64,000 nucleotides of DNA from an uncultured Thermoleophilia bacterium (GTDB lineage Bacteria > Actinomycetota > Thermoleophilia > UBA2241): contig CAVQSP010000013.1 of assembly GCA_963715985.1 (NCBI GenBank), forward strand, positions 160,001 through 224,000, read 5' to 3'. The notes beneath the pieces were generated by a model. That model did no database searches and was not told where the DNA came from. It saw nothing but the letters and a program-made list of their open reading frames with translations. Positions 45,338-55,937 of the stretch are shown piece by piece. Within the stretch, counting starts at the first letter, position 1. Each line of letters starts with the position of its first letter. The position numbers and the translations under genes were made by a program.

Positions 45338-47096
45338 TCACCGGTCCACGTCCCCCATCACGAAGTCGATGCTGCCGAGGATCGTCACGAGGTCGGCGAT
45401 CTCGAAGCCGCGCGTGAGCAGCGGCAGGACCTGCAGGTGCGGGAAGGACGGGGTGCGGATCTTGGTGCGGTACGCGCAGTTCTCCCCGTCGCTGATGGCG
45501 TAGTAGCTGTACTGGCCCTTGGTGCCCTCGGTGTACACGCAGGCCTCACCCGGTGGGACCACCGGGCCCCAGCTCACGCCGAGGAAGTGCGTGATGAGCG
45601 TCTCGATGTCGTGCATCGTGTTGCGGCTCTTTGACCGGCGGCGTGGCCAGCGGGTGGTGCGACTTGTACGGGCCCGGCGGCATGACGTCGAGGCACTGGC
45701 GGATGATGCGCAGGCTTTGGCGGATCTCCTCCACGCGCACGGCCACGCGGTCGTAACTGTCGCCGGTGGTCCCTACAGGCACGTCGAAGTCGAACCACTC
45801 GTAGTGGCTGTACGGACGCTGCTTGCGCCAGTCCCACGGCAGCCCGGCGGCGCGCAGGTTGGGCCCGGTGACGCCCCACTCCACGGCGTCCTCCGCCGAG
45901 ATGCCGCCCACGCCCACGGTGCGCGCCTTCATGATGCGGTTGTCCATCACGAGGCTGTCGTACTCGTCGAGTCGCGGCCCCATGGAGTCCAACCAGTCGC
46001 GCACGGCCTGCTCCCAGCCGTTGGGCAGGTCCTCGGCCACGCCGCCGATGCGGAACCAGTTGGGGTGCATGCGCGCCCCGCAGATGGGCTCGATCACGGC
46101 ATCGAAGAGCCGCTCGCGGTCCTCGAACATGTAGAAGACCGGGGAGAGCGCCCCGATGTCCTGGGCGAAGGTGCCGTAGAACACCAGGTGGCTGGAGATG
46201 CGGAAGCACTCGGCCAGCATCACCCGGATGATCTGCGCGCGGTCCGGAACCTCGATGCCGCAGAGCTGCTCCACGGTGAGCACCCAGGGCAGGTTGTTGC
46301 CGACGCCGCTCAGGTAGTCGATGCGGTCGGTGTACGGGATGAAGGTGTGCCAGGTCTGACGCTCGCTCATCTTCTCGGCGCCGCGGTGGTGGTAGCCGAT
46401 GTCGGGCAGGCAGTGGACGATCTCCTCGTCGCGCAGCCCCACGATGACGCGGAAGGGGCCGTGGGTGGCGCCGTGCTGCGGTCCCACGTTGAGGTACATC
46501 AGCGTCGGGTCGTCCTCTTGGCTGGGCAGGCCCCACTCCTCCGGCTTGAAGCGCAGGTCCTCCATCTGCGTCTCGTACGTTTCGGGCGGCATGCTGAACG
46601 GCCCGAGCTCCGTGCCGCGGGACGGGTGCTCCTTGCGCAGAGGGTGGCCCACCCACCACGGCGGCATGAGGATGCGGCGCAGGTCGGGGTGGCCGCGCAC
46701 ACCGATGCCGAACATGTCCCACACCTCGCGCTCGTACCAGCCGGCGGCCGGCCACAGCGGCGTGATCGTCTCGACGCCGTCCGTCTCGTCCTGCAGCGCC
46801 ACCTTGAGGCGCAGGTCCGCGTTCCGCTCGTAGGAGACGAGGTGGTAGTAGACGCTGAAGCGCGCCTCCGGCAGGCCGGCGCGGTGGGTGCGGAAGCGCT
46901 CGTCCACCGCGCCCAGGTCGTAAAGGTAGCGGAAGGGGCGCTCGGCCTCGTTCTTGAGGTAGCTGAGCGCGTCCAGCACAAGGTCCGGCGGCAGCCAGAC
47001 CGTGGGGATGCCGTCGGCCGTCTGCTGCTCGACGAGCTCCGCGCCGGGGAACCTGCCGCGGAGCTCGCCCAGCATGTCCGTCACCGTGGCGGGCAC
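45338..47096 (-). CDS. nuoCD: Fused NADH-quinone oxidoreductase subunit C/D (frameshift near 45620)
   Basis: [19 protein letters not shown] (NuoC) in frame with [26 protein letters not shown] (NuoD); [20 protein letters not shown]. Confidence 0.95.
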
Positions 47097-47128
47097 GTCA
47101 GACCTCGTCCGTGGGCGCCGGCGTCACG

Positions 47129-47782
47129 TCACACCTCGTCCTGCGGCTCGAGCTTGTCCGTGGCCTGGACCATGGGGCGCCGCAGCTCGCGCATGGACAG
47201 CGGCGGCGCGTACGTGACCTTCTCCTGGCCGAGCACCCAGCTCAGCGGGCGGCGCTCGGTCTGCACCTTGGCCTGCAGCAGCAGCAGAGCCTCCATGAGC
47301 GCCGTCGGCGCCGGCGGGCAGCCCTGCACGTACACGTCCACCGGCACGATGGAGTCGACGCCCTGCACCACGCTGTACACGTCGTACATGCCGCCGGAGT
47401 TGGCGCACGAGCCCATTGAGATGACCCAGCGTGGCTCCATCATCTGCCGATGCAGCTGCACCACCGTGGGAGCCATCTTCTTGAACACGGTGCCGGCCAC
47501 GATCATCACGTCCGCCTCGCGCGGCGAGATGCGCAGCACCTCGGCCCCGAAGCGCGCGATATCGTAGCGCGGGGTGAGGCTGGTGGCCATCTCCACGAAG
47601 CAGCAGGAGAGGCCGAAGCCGAACGGCCAGAGGGAGTACTTGCGGCCCCAGGCGACGAGGTGCTGGAGGCTGCCCATCACCACACCCTCACCGGGCCCCG
47701 CGGCCGCAGCGGTCTCGGACTCCAGCAGGGAGTGCAGGGCGATGGCCGTGCGGGACGGGCCCGGGCCGCGTCGCGGCTTCAC
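47129..47782 (-). CDS. nuoB: NADH-quinone oxidoreductase subunit B
   Basis: [44 protein letters not shown]. Confidence 0.96.
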   Translation of the reverse strand: MKPRRGPGPSRTAIALHSLLESETAAAAGPGEGVVMGSLQHLVAWGRKYSLWPFGFGLSCCFVEMATSLTPRYDIARFGAEVLRISPREADVMIVAGTVFKKMAPTVVQLHRQMMEPRWVISMGSCANSGGMYDVYSVVQGVDSIVPVDVYVQGCPPAPTALMEALLLLQAKVQTERRPLSWVLGQEKVTYAPPLSMRELRRPMVQATDKLEPQDEV

Positions 47783-48213
47783 CGGCCGTCCCCGTCCTGC
47801 AGGCGGCGCGCGATGCGCGCGCGCCGCCTGCGCCGCCCGGCCGCTCCCCAGTCCAGCCCGCCGGCCTTCCACAGGTACACGAGGCCGGCGAACAGCAACA
47901 CGACGAAGACGACGACCTCGATGTAGCCGGTCCACCCCAGACGCCGCGCGTTCACGGCCCAGGCGAAGATGAACACGGCCTCCAGGTCGAAGATCACGAA
48001 GAAGAGCGCCACCTGGTAGAACTCCACGGAGAGGCGCCGCGGCAACGGCCCGGCGGGCTCGATGCCGGACTCGTAGGGCATGTCCCGCTCCGGGCCCTTG
48101 CGGCGCTCTCCGAGAACGGCGGAGAGCACGACGATGGCCCCTGCCAGGACGAGCACGAGCGCGGCGTACAGTGCCGCCGGCCAGATGGTGATGGCTGCCA
48201 GACCTCCGGTCAC
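47779..48213 (-). CDS. nuoA: NADH-quinone oxidoreductase subunit A
   Basis: [41 protein letters not shown]. Confidence 0.95.
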   Translation of the reverse strand: MTGGLAAITIWPAALYAALVLVLAGAIVVLSAVLGERRKGPERDMPYESGIEPAGPLPRRLSVEFYQVALFFVIFDLEAVFIFAWAVNARRLGWTGYIEVVVFVVLLFAGLVYLWKAGGLDWGAAGRRRRRARIARRLQDGDGR

Positions 48214-48455
48214 GCTGCCCCCTGCCGCTCGCCTCGTCCGGCCCGTCTCTCCCCGTCGGGCCGGGACCCGAGGCCTCCATCCGTGTCGTCTCTCACTCTA
48301 GACGCGACGTTCCGTGCATGGTAGAGAACAATCACTATCAAGGGCGGCGGCTCCTGTCACGCGTCTGACGTCATTTCGTGGCACGCAAACGGGGAAGTGA
48401 CGCGTAGGGGTGTGGCGCGGGGCCGTTCACCGGGCGACGACCGGGGGGACCGGGT

Positions 48456-49277
48456 GTGAGCCGTTGGCGCGGGCAACATCGGCGATGGTGGCGGGGTTCG
48501 TGGTCGCCCCGCTCGTGGCGACCCCTCCGCGCGACGCCGGTGCCACTTCTCCTCGCCGCCGTGCCGGCGGCCGTCCTGTGCCTCGCGGCGCCGGCCCTCG
48601 CGAGCAGCACGGCGTCGCCCAAGGCGTCGCCGATATCGGCGTCGTCGCCGGTCGCGCCGGCCGGCGACGGGTCCTCCGGCGCCGCCGTGTTCACGCAGAA
48701 CTGCGCCGGCTGTCACGGGGCGCGCGGCGAAGGTGCCTTCGGGCCGCCGCTGGCGCCGGCCGGCTTCGCGAGCCTCGTCGGGCCCATGGTGGAGCAGGGC
48801 GGCATCCAGATGCCCCCCTTCGCCAATGCCCTCGACGAGACGCAGATCAAGGCCGTGGCCGACTACGTGGCCGCCTCCATCGCCGACCCGGCGACGCACG
48901 ACGCCGAGGTGAGCCGCGGCGGCGAGACCTACCGCCTGTACTGCTCCGGGTGCCACAGTGCGACGGGCCGCGGCGGCGCTCTCACGGTCGGGCGCAACGC
49001 CCCGGACATCTCGCAGTACCCTGCCGCCGAGGCGCTCGCCGCCATGATCCTCGGCCGCGGCGACATGCCGGCTTTTGCGGGTAACACGCTCGACGTCACG
49101 CAGCAGACCGCGGTCGGTCTGTACGTGGCCGAGCTCATCCCGCCGGACTCCCCGGGCGGCGCCGGCCTCTGGTACCTCGGCCCGGTGCCGGAAGGGGCGT
49201 TCGGAGCGCTCGGCCTCCTCGTCTTGATCTTCCTCGCCGTCTGGCTGGCGTGGCGATCGCGAAAGGCCGCGCCGTGA
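48456..49277 (+). CDS. qcrC: Diheme cytochrome c subunit of the cytochrome bcc complex (start probably near 48540)
   Basis: CAGCH...MPPF and CSGCH...MPAF; C-terminal LGPVPEG plus TM anchor, as in actinobacterial QcrC. Confidence 0.88.
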   Translation: MSRWRGQHRRWWRGSWSPRSWRPLRATPVPLLLAAVPAAVLCLAAPALASSTASPKASPISASSPVAPAGDGSSGAAVFTQNCAGCHGARGEGAFGPPLAPAGFASLVGPMVEQGGIQMPPFANALDETQIKAVADYVAASIADPATHDAEVSRGGETYRLYCSGCHSATGRGGALTVGRNAPDISQYPAAEALAAMILGRGDMPAFAGNTLDVTQQTAVGLYVAELIPPDSPGGAGLWYLGPVPEGAFGALGLLVLIFLAVWLAWRSRKAAP

Positions 49278-50203
49278 GCGACGCCGGCACGGTGCCGCCG
49301 GTGCCCGCGCCGGACTCGCCGGCCTGCCCGCTGCCGCCTGAGGGCGCGCACCCGCCGGCGCGGCCGCAGCTGCCGCCGCCCGGCTGGCCCGTCGTGCTCG
49401 GCCTTGTCATCACCATCGCCGGCTCGATCGGCTTCGCCATCTCGTTCGTCCTGGGGGCCGGCAACCTCTGGATCGGCGGCTGCCTGGCCGCCGCCCTGCT
49501 GGGCCTCGGCGGCGCGCTCGCCTTCTGGGGCCGTGACCTGGCGGGTGAGGAGGTCATCGCCGGGCCGTACCCCGTGCCGCACGAGGACCCGGAGGGCCGC
49601 GGCGCCCTGGCCGACCAGCTCGAACAGGACGCCGGTGTGCTCACGCGCCGCCGCTTCCTCTTCCGCCTGCTCATCGTGGGCGGCGGCGTGTTCATTCTCA
49701 GCCAGATCGTCCTGCTGGGCGCGCTCGGCCCGCGGCCCCGCAAGAGCCTCTCCACCACGGCGTGGACCGCCGGCGCCCGTCTCGTGACCATCGAGGGCAG
49801 GCCGGTCACCACGAAGGACCTGGCCGGCGGCGGCTACCTGGTGGCCTTCCCCGAGGGCCACACCGACGCCGCCGACTCCCAGGTGGCCCTGTTCCACTTC
49901 GTCAAGGGCGACTTCAAGCCGCAGCCCGGACGCGAGACGTGGAGCCCGGAGGACTACGTGGCCTATTCGCGCATCTGCACGCACGTGGGCTGCGCCGTGG
50001 CCCAGTACGCCGACGAGGCGCAGGTGCTGGTGTGCCCGTGCCACCAGTCCACCTTCGACCTGCTCGACGGCGCCAAGCCGCTCTTCGGCCCGGCCGGCCG
50101 GCCGCTGCCGCAGCTCCCGCTGGCCATCGACGACCAGGGCGCCCTCTACGCCCAGAGCGACTTCACCGAGCCCGTCGGCCCCGGCTTCTGGAACGCCGGA
50201 TGA
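49274..50203 (+). CDS. qcrA: Rieske iron-sulfur subunit with three TMs and an internal Tat motif
   Basis: TRRRFL after two TMs; AYSRICTHVGC and CPCHQSTFD; FGPAGRPLPQLP; DFTEPVGPGFW. Confidence 0.93.
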   Translation: MSDAGTVPPVPAPDSPACPLPPEGAHPPARPQLPPPGWPVVLGLVITIAGSIGFAISFVLGAGNLWIGGCLAAALLGLGGALAFWGRDLAGEEVIAGPYPVPHEDPEGRGALADQLEQDAGVLTRRRFLFRLLIVGGGVFILSQIVLLGALGPRPRKSLSTTAWTAGARLVTIEGRPVTTKDLAGGGYLVAFPEGHTDAADSQVALFHFVKGDFKPQPGRETWSPEDYVAYSRICTHVGCAVAQYADEAQVLVCPCHQSTFDLLDGAKPLFGPAGRPLPQLPLAIDDQGALYAQSDFTEPVGPGFWNAG

Positions 50204-51619
50204 ACAGCCAACGTAGACGAGCTGACGAGGGGGGCGCCGGAGGCGCACCGCTCCGCGAGCGCCGCCTCATGAAGAGCCTCGGCGCCGCCTTCGGCGTGCG
50301 CCGCTCGCCGCTGCGCCCGGCGGCGCGCTGGGCGGACCGCAACCTCGGCGGCGGCAGCCGGCTGCTCAAGGAGGAGCTCCGCCACATCTTCCCGGACAGC
50401 TGGGCCTTCTTCCTCGGCGAGATCGCCCTGTACTGCTTCATCCTGCTCGTGGTCACCGGCGCCTTCCTGGCCCTGTTCTTCCACGCCTCGCAGGCCGAGG
50501 TGGTGTACCAGGGCGCCTACAAGCCGCTCGCCGGCGTGGCCATGTCGGACGCCTACCGCTCCGTGGTGGACCTGAGCTTCAACGTGCGCGCCGGCCTGCT
50601 CGTGCGGCAGGTGCACCACTGGGCCGCGCTGGTCTTCGTGGCCGCCCTCATGATCCACCTGCTGCGCATGTTCTTCACCGGCGCCTACCGCAAGCCGCGC
50701 ATGATCAACTGGCTCATCGGGCTCACGCTCCTGCTGCTGGTGGCCGGCAACGGCCTGTTCGGCTACTCGCTCCCCGACGACCTGCTCTCGGGCACCGGCC
50801 TGCGCGTGGCGTACTCCATCACGCAGTCCATCCCGTTCCTGGGCCCGTGGCTGGCCTCCATCATGTTCGGCGGCGAGTTCCCCACGAGCGGCATCATCGC
50901 CCGCATCTACCCCGTGCACATCTTCCTGCTGCCCGCGGCCATCGCCGGCTTGCTCGGCGCTGCACCTGGGCATCCTCTGGCTGCAGCGGCACACACAGTT
51001 CCCCGGCCCCGGCCGCAGCGACCGCACCGTGGTGGGCACGCCGATGGTGCCGGCGTACGCGTTACGGACCACCGGCTATCTGCTGCTCCTCTCCGGGGTG
51101 ATGACGGCCTTCGGCGCCTTCCTGCAGATCAACCCGGTGTGGCTGTACGGCCCGTACACCGCCTGGGACTCCACCACGCAGGCGCAGCCCGACTGGTACA
51201 TGGGCTGGATGGAGGGCGCCGTGCGCCTCATGCCGGGCTGGGACATCCAGATCGGCTGGTTCCTGCTGCCGTCCGTCTTCTGGCCGGCGGTCATCCTGCC
51301 GGGGCTCATCTTCACGCCGCTCTTCGTGTGGCCCTGGCTGGACGCCATGGCCACCCGCGACGGCGCCTACCACAACGTGCTCACGCTGCCGAGCGAGCGG
51401 CCCGGCCGCGTGGCCGTGGGCGCCGGCTTCGTCACCTTCCTCACCGTCCTGCTGATCGCGGGCGGCGACGACGTGTTCGCACACGTGTACGGGCTGGACC
51501 TGGTGACCTTCGTCGAGGTCCTGCGCGCACTCTTCTTCGTGGCGCCGCCGCTGGTGGCGCTGCTGACGTACGTCGTCTTCCGCAGGAGGGCCCAGCGGTG
51601 GCTGTCCGTGGCGCGCTAG
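50200..51619 (+). CDS. qcrB: Cytochrome b subunit of the bcc complex (frameshift near 50960)
   Basis: FPDSWAFFLGEIALY, RQVHHWAA, HLLRMFFTGAYRKPR, GYSLPDDLLSGTGLR, HIFLLP, INPVWLYGPY, QPDWY. Confidence 0.93.
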
Positions 51620-52455
51620 AGCAGGCGGTCGAGCACGGCCGCTGCCACCACGACCGCGAGGTACGGCCCGGAGACCTTGAACAGCGCCCAGGCGCGCCCG
51701 GCCCCGGGGGCCGCGAGCAGGCGCGCCACGAAGACCCACAGCACGGCTGTGGCGGCCACGGAGAGGACGCCGTAGACGGCGCCGAACAGGCCGGTGGTCA
51801 GCGCCGCCGCCACGACCACGGTGAGGGCCGCGACGAAGCCCACGATGAGCAGCTGCGTGGGGCGCTCCCCGTACCGCACCGGCGGCGTGGGGATGCCGGA
51901 GGCACGGTAGTCGCTCTCGCGCGCCAGGCTGAGCGCCCAGAAGTGCGGCGGCGACCACAGGAAGATCACGGCGCACAAGAAGGCGATGTCGGCGCTGAAG
52001 GGCATGCCGGTCGCCGCCCAGCCCACGAGGGCGGGGAAGACGCCGGCGAGGGCCCCGGGCACGGAGCTCAGCGCCGTGTGCGGCTTGAAGAGCAGGGTGT
52101 AGACGATCGCGTAGTACACGGCGCCGGCCAGCGCGAAGGCGGCCGCCGTGAGCCCGGCGACCGCCCACAGGGCCAGCACGCCGGCGGCCACGGCCACCAG
52201 GGCCGCCGCCGTGGCGTGGCCCGGCGACAGGCGACCGCTGGCCGTGGGCCGCTCACGCGTGCGCTCCATGCGCGCGTCGGCCTCGCGCTCGAAGACGTTG
52301 TTGAGGATGGCGGCGCCGGCCACCGTGAGCCCGGTCGCGGCCAGGACAGCGACGCTCACGGCGACCCCCGGGCTCCCGGCCAGCAGCAGCGCCGCCAGCA
52401 CGGTGACCAGGAAGAGCCCCACGATGCGCGGCTGCGCCGCCCTCACGTAGTCCAT
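51616..52455 (-). CDS. ctaB: Protoheme IX farnesyltransferase (heme o synthase)
   Basis: NNVFEREADARMERTRERP..GR, YTLLFK, GVFPALVGWAA, LWSPPHFWAL..DYRASGIP. Confidence 0.92.
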   Translation of the reverse strand: MDYVRAAQPRIVGLFLVTVLAALLLAGSPGVAVSVAVLAATGLTVAGAAILNNVFEREADARMERTRERPTASGRLSPGHATAAALVAVAAGVLALWAVAGLTAAAFALAGAVYYAIVYTLLFKPHTALSSVPGALAGVFPALVGWAATGMPFSADIAFLCAVIFLWSPPHFWALSLARESDYRASGIPTPPVRYGERPTQLLIVGFVAALTVVVAAALTTGLFGAVYGVLSVAATAVLWVFVARLLAAPGAGRAWALFKVSGPYLAVVVAAAVLDRLL

Positions 52456-52532
52456 ACGGCTATTCTCCAGCATCGGCGCGCGGACGTGCGAAGATGGACC
52501 GCACCTGCGGGGCGGGGAACGGGGGAGCGGAC

Positions 52533-53567
52533 GTGAGATCCGGGGACGAGCGAGACGCACGGCGCGAGAGGCTGCGCCGCCTGGCGCTGCCCGCGCTCGT
52601 GCTGGTGCTCGTCGTCCTCGCCCTGCTGGCCGCCGGCTGCGCCGGCGGCCAGCCCGACATCTGGCGTCCCAAAGGCTCCGCCGGCCAGGAGATAAAGACG
52701 CTCGGCATCCAGATGTTCGCCATCCTCGCCGGCGTCCTCGTCGTCGTCTGGGCGATCCTCACCTACGTCGTCATCCGCTACCGCAAGCGGCCGGAGTCCG
52801 AGGCCTCCAAGACGCGCGGAAACACGACCATCGAGATCATCTGGACCCTGATCCCGGCCGTCATCGTCACCGTGCTGTTCATCCTCACCGTGCGCACCAC
52901 CCAGCAGATCGCCATGCCCGACCCCGGGGCGCAGTTCACGGCCGTGGGGCACCAGTGGTGGTGGGAGTTCGACTTCCCCGACCAGGACTTCAAGACCGCC
53001 AACGAGGTGTACGTGGCGGTCGGCCGTCCGACCTCCATCGACGTCGAGTCCACCGACGTCATCCACTCGTTCTGGGTGCCGCAGATGGGCGGCAAGGTGG
53101 ACATGATCCCCGGGCGCGTGAACCACATCCACTTCGTGCCGCTCGAGGAGGGCAGGTACCTCGGCGAGTGCTCCGAGTTCTGCGGCAAGCAGCACGGCAA
53201 GATGCGCTTCCTCTTCGTGGTGGTGTCGCCGGAGGAGTACTCGGCGTGGGCACACCACCAGGCCGAGCCGGCGGCGCAGCCCACCGGCACTGAGGCGGTC
53301 GCCGGCGGCAAGCTCATCCAGACCATCGCCTGCGGCGGTTGCCACACGATCCGCGGCACGCCCATGAAGGGCACCTTCGGCCCCGACCTCACGCACTTCG
53401 GCAGCCGCAGCGGCATCGCCGCGTACACGCTGCCCAACACGCCCGAGAACCTCTACAGGTGGCTCAAGGACCCGCAGGCGGTCAAGCCTGAGTGCACGAT
53501 GCCGCTCATTCCCCTGCCGGAGCAGTCGCTGCGGCAGCTCGTCGCCTACCTGGAAGAGCTGAGATGA
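52533..53567 (+). CDS. ctaC: Cytochrome c oxidase subunit II with CuA and fused C-terminal cytochrome c (caa3 type), lipoprotein
   Basis: Lipobox LAAGC; EIIWTLIP; GHQWWW; DVIHSFWVP; CSEFCGKQHGKM (CuA); CGGCH..GPDLTH..MP. Confidence 0.94.
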   Translation: MRSGDERDARRERLRRLALPALVLVLVVLALLAAGCAGGQPDIWRPKGSAGQEIKTLGIQMFAILAGVLVVVWAILTYVVIRYRKRPESEASKTRGNTTIEIIWTLIPAVIVTVLFILTVRTTQQIAMPDPGAQFTAVGHQWWWEFDFPDQDFKTANEVYVAVGRPTSIDVESTDVIHSFWVPQMGGKVDMIPGRVNHIHFVPLEEGRYLGECSEFCGKQHGKMRFLFVVVSPEEYSAWAHHQAEPAAQPTGTEAVAGGKLIQTIACGGCHTIRGTPMKGTFGPDLTHFGSRSGIAAYTLPNTPENLYRWLKDPQAVKPECTMPLIPLPEQSLRQLVAYLEELR

Positions 53568-55936
53568 CCGAGGCAAGCGGCCGGCACGGGCTCGGGTCGT
53601 GGCTCACCACCACCGACCACAAGCGCATCGGCGTGATGTACATCTGCACGTCGCTGTGCTTCTTCCTCGTGGCCGTGGTGTTCGCGATGCTGATGCGCAC
53701 GCAGCTCATCAGGCCGGAGATGCACTTCCTCTCCCCGGAGGCCTACAACCAGATCTTCTCGATGCACGGCACCATCATGGTGTTCCTCTTCGCCATGCCG
53801 CTGATCATCGGCGTGGCCAACTACCTGGTGCCGCTGCAGATCGGCGCTCGCGACATGGCCTTTCCGCGCGCCAACGCCCTCAGCTACTGGCTGCTGCTCT
53901 TCGGCGGCCTGCTGCTCTTCAGCAGCTTCGCCTTCGGCGGCTCGCTGGACACGGGCTGGTTCAGCTACGCGCCGCTGACGTCCAAGGCGTACTCGCCGCA
54001 CGACGGCGTCACCTTCTGGACCATCTCGCTGGCCCTGCTCGGCGGCTCGTCCATCCTCGGCGCCATCAACTTCATCGTCACCTGCCTGCGCTTCCGTGCC
54101 AAGGGCATGGGGCTCTGGCAGATGCCGATCTTCTCGATCGCGACCTTCATCAACTCGTTCCTGATCCTCTTCGCCTTCCCGAGCCTCTCGGCGGCCATCG
54201 CCCTGCTCTACCTCGACCGCCAGTACGGCACCAGCTTCTTCGACCCGGCCGGCGGCGGCGACCCCATCATCTGGCAGCACCTCTTCTGGTTCTTCGGCCA
54301 CCCCGAGGTGTACATCCTCATCCTGCCGGCCTTCGGCGTGATGAGCGAGGTCGTGCCCGTGTTCTCGCGCAAGCCGCTGTTCGGGCGCGGCTCGATGATC
54401 ATCATGCTCGGCGTCATCGGCCTCCTCGGTTTTCTCGTCTGGGCGCACCACATGTTCGCCACCGGGCTGCCCACGCTGTTCAACGTGGTCATGGCGGGCA
54501 CGAGCATGCTCATCGCCATCCCCACCGGTGTGAAGATCTTCAACTGGCTGGCGACGATGTGGGGCGGGGCGCTGCGGTTCAAGACCCCGCTGCTGTTCGC
54601 CTGCGGGCTCATCGCGCTGTTCACGGTCGGCGGCATCACCGGCGTCACGCTTGCGGTCGTGCCCTTCGACTGGCAGGTGACCGACACGTACTACGTGGTC
54701 GCCCACTTCCACAACGTCCTCTTCGCCGGCACCGTGTTCGCGCTCTTCGCCGGCATCTACTACTGGTACCCCAAGATCTTCGGCCGCAAGATGAGCGACC
54801 GCCTCGGCAAGGCCCACTTCTGGCTCAACTCGATCGGCTTCCTCATCACCTTCATGCCGATGTACATCCTCGGGTTCCTCGGCATGCCGCGCCGCGTGTA
54901 CACCTACGCCCATGGGCTGGGTTGGGACACGCTCAACCTCATCTCGTCCATCGGCGGCTACATCATCGCCGTGGCGCTGCTCATCTTCCTCTTCAACTTC
55001 GTGCGCAGCGCCCGCCACGGCGAGGTCGCCGGCGACGACCCGTGGCGCGGCTGGACGCTGGAGTGGGCGACCACCTCGCCGCCCCCGCACGGCAACTTCG
55101 TCACCCTGCCGGTGGTCCACAGCGAGCGCCCGCTGTACGACCTCGAGCAGGCGCAGCTCGCCGCCGCCGAGGGCGGCCCGGCGCCGGAGGTGTACACGTT
55201 GCCGCCGGAGCCGGAGCAGCATACGGCGGCGCCCTTCTGGCTGGGGCTGGCCATCCTCACGATCGCCGTGGGCCTGCTCAGCACACCGGTCGTCATCGTC
55301 CTGGGCGCGGTCTTCGTGCTCGTCGTGCTGGCGGTGTGGATGAGCGGGGCATGGGTCGAGCCGGAGTTGCCCGACGCCTCCTCTCACCGCTTCAACTTCG
55401 TCGGCGCCGGCATGCTTGCGTTCATCGGCTCCGAGTCGGTGTTCTTCGCCTCGCTCATCGCCGCCGCCGTGCACCTCCGCATCCACGGCCACACGCTGGG
55501 CCAGTCGCAGTTCGACGCGGTCTTCCCGGCCATCAACACCGTGGTCCTCGTGCTGAGCGGCGTGGCCTGCCACTACGCGCAGGTGGCCTACCGGCGCGGC
55601 AGGAACGGCTCGTTCTTCCTGCTGCTCGTGCTCACCATCATCCTGGGCTCTGCCTTCCTCGGCGGCCAGGCGTGGGAGTACACGCACCTGGGGCTCGGGC
55701 TCACGGCCAACCTCGCCGTCTCCACCTTCTACACGCTCACCGGCTTCCACGGGTTCCACGTGGCCTGCGGCATCGCGGTGCTGCTGTACCTGCTGGTGCG
55801 CGCCGGCAGGGAGCGCCGGCGCGGCGCCGGCGCGGTCACGCCGGGCACCACCGCCATGGTCGACGCGGGCACCTACTACTGGCACTTCGTCGACGCCGTG
55901 TGGGTGGCCGTCTTCATCGTCGTCTACCTGCTGTGA
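53564..55936 (+). CDS. ctaD: Cytochrome c oxidase subunit I fused to subunit III (family A1)
   Basis: TTDHKRIG, MHGTIM, WFFGHPEVY, VWAHHMF, HFH, GMPRR; continues in frame to SESVFF, NTVVLVLS, TGFHGFHV, YWHFVDAVW. Confidence 0.95.
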   Translation: MTEASGRHGLGSWLTTTDHKRIGVMYICTSLCFFLVAVVFAMLMRTQLIRPEMHFLSPEAYNQIFSMHGTIMVFLFAMPLIIGVANYLVPLQIGARDMAFPRANALSYWLLLFGGLLLFSSFAFGGSLDTGWFSYAPLTSKAYSPHDGVTFWTISLALLGGSSILGAINFIVTCLRFRAKGMGLWQMPIFSIATFINSFLILFAFPSLSAAIALLYLDRQYGTSFFDPAGGGDPIIWQHLFWFFGHPEVYILILPAFGVMSEVVPVFSRKPLFGRGSMIIMLGVIGLLGFLVWAHHMFATGLPTLFNVVMAGTSMLIAIPTGVKIFNWLATMWGGALRFKTPLLFACGLIALFTVGGITGVTLAVVPFDWQVTDTYYVVAHFHNVLFAGTVFALFAGIYYWYPKIFGRKMSDRLGKAHFWLNSIGFLITFMPMYILGFLGMPRRVYTYAHGLGWDTLNLISSIGGYIIAVALLIFLFNFVRSARHGEVAGDDPWRGWTLEWATTSPPPHGNFVTLPVVHSERPLYDLEQAQLAAAEGGPAPEVYTLPPEPEQHTAAPFWLGLAILTIAVGLLSTPVVIVLGAVFVLVVLAVWMSGAWVEPELPDASSHRFNFVGAGMLAFIGSESVFFASLIAAAVHLRIHGHTLGQSQFDAVFPAINTVVLVLSGVACHYAQVAYRRGRNGSFFLLLVLTIILGSAFLGGQAWEYTHLGLGLTANLAVSTFYTLTGFHGFHVACGIAVLLYLLVRAGRERRRGAGAVTPGTTAMVDAGTYYWHFVDAVWVAVFIVVYLL

Positions 55937-55937
55937 G

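Noticed and set aside
48214-48540. Rex or Crp/Fnr operator in the nuo/qcr divergent spacer
   Set aside because: Only partial palindromes (e.g. TGACGTCA) were seen; no convincing match to known consensus sites.
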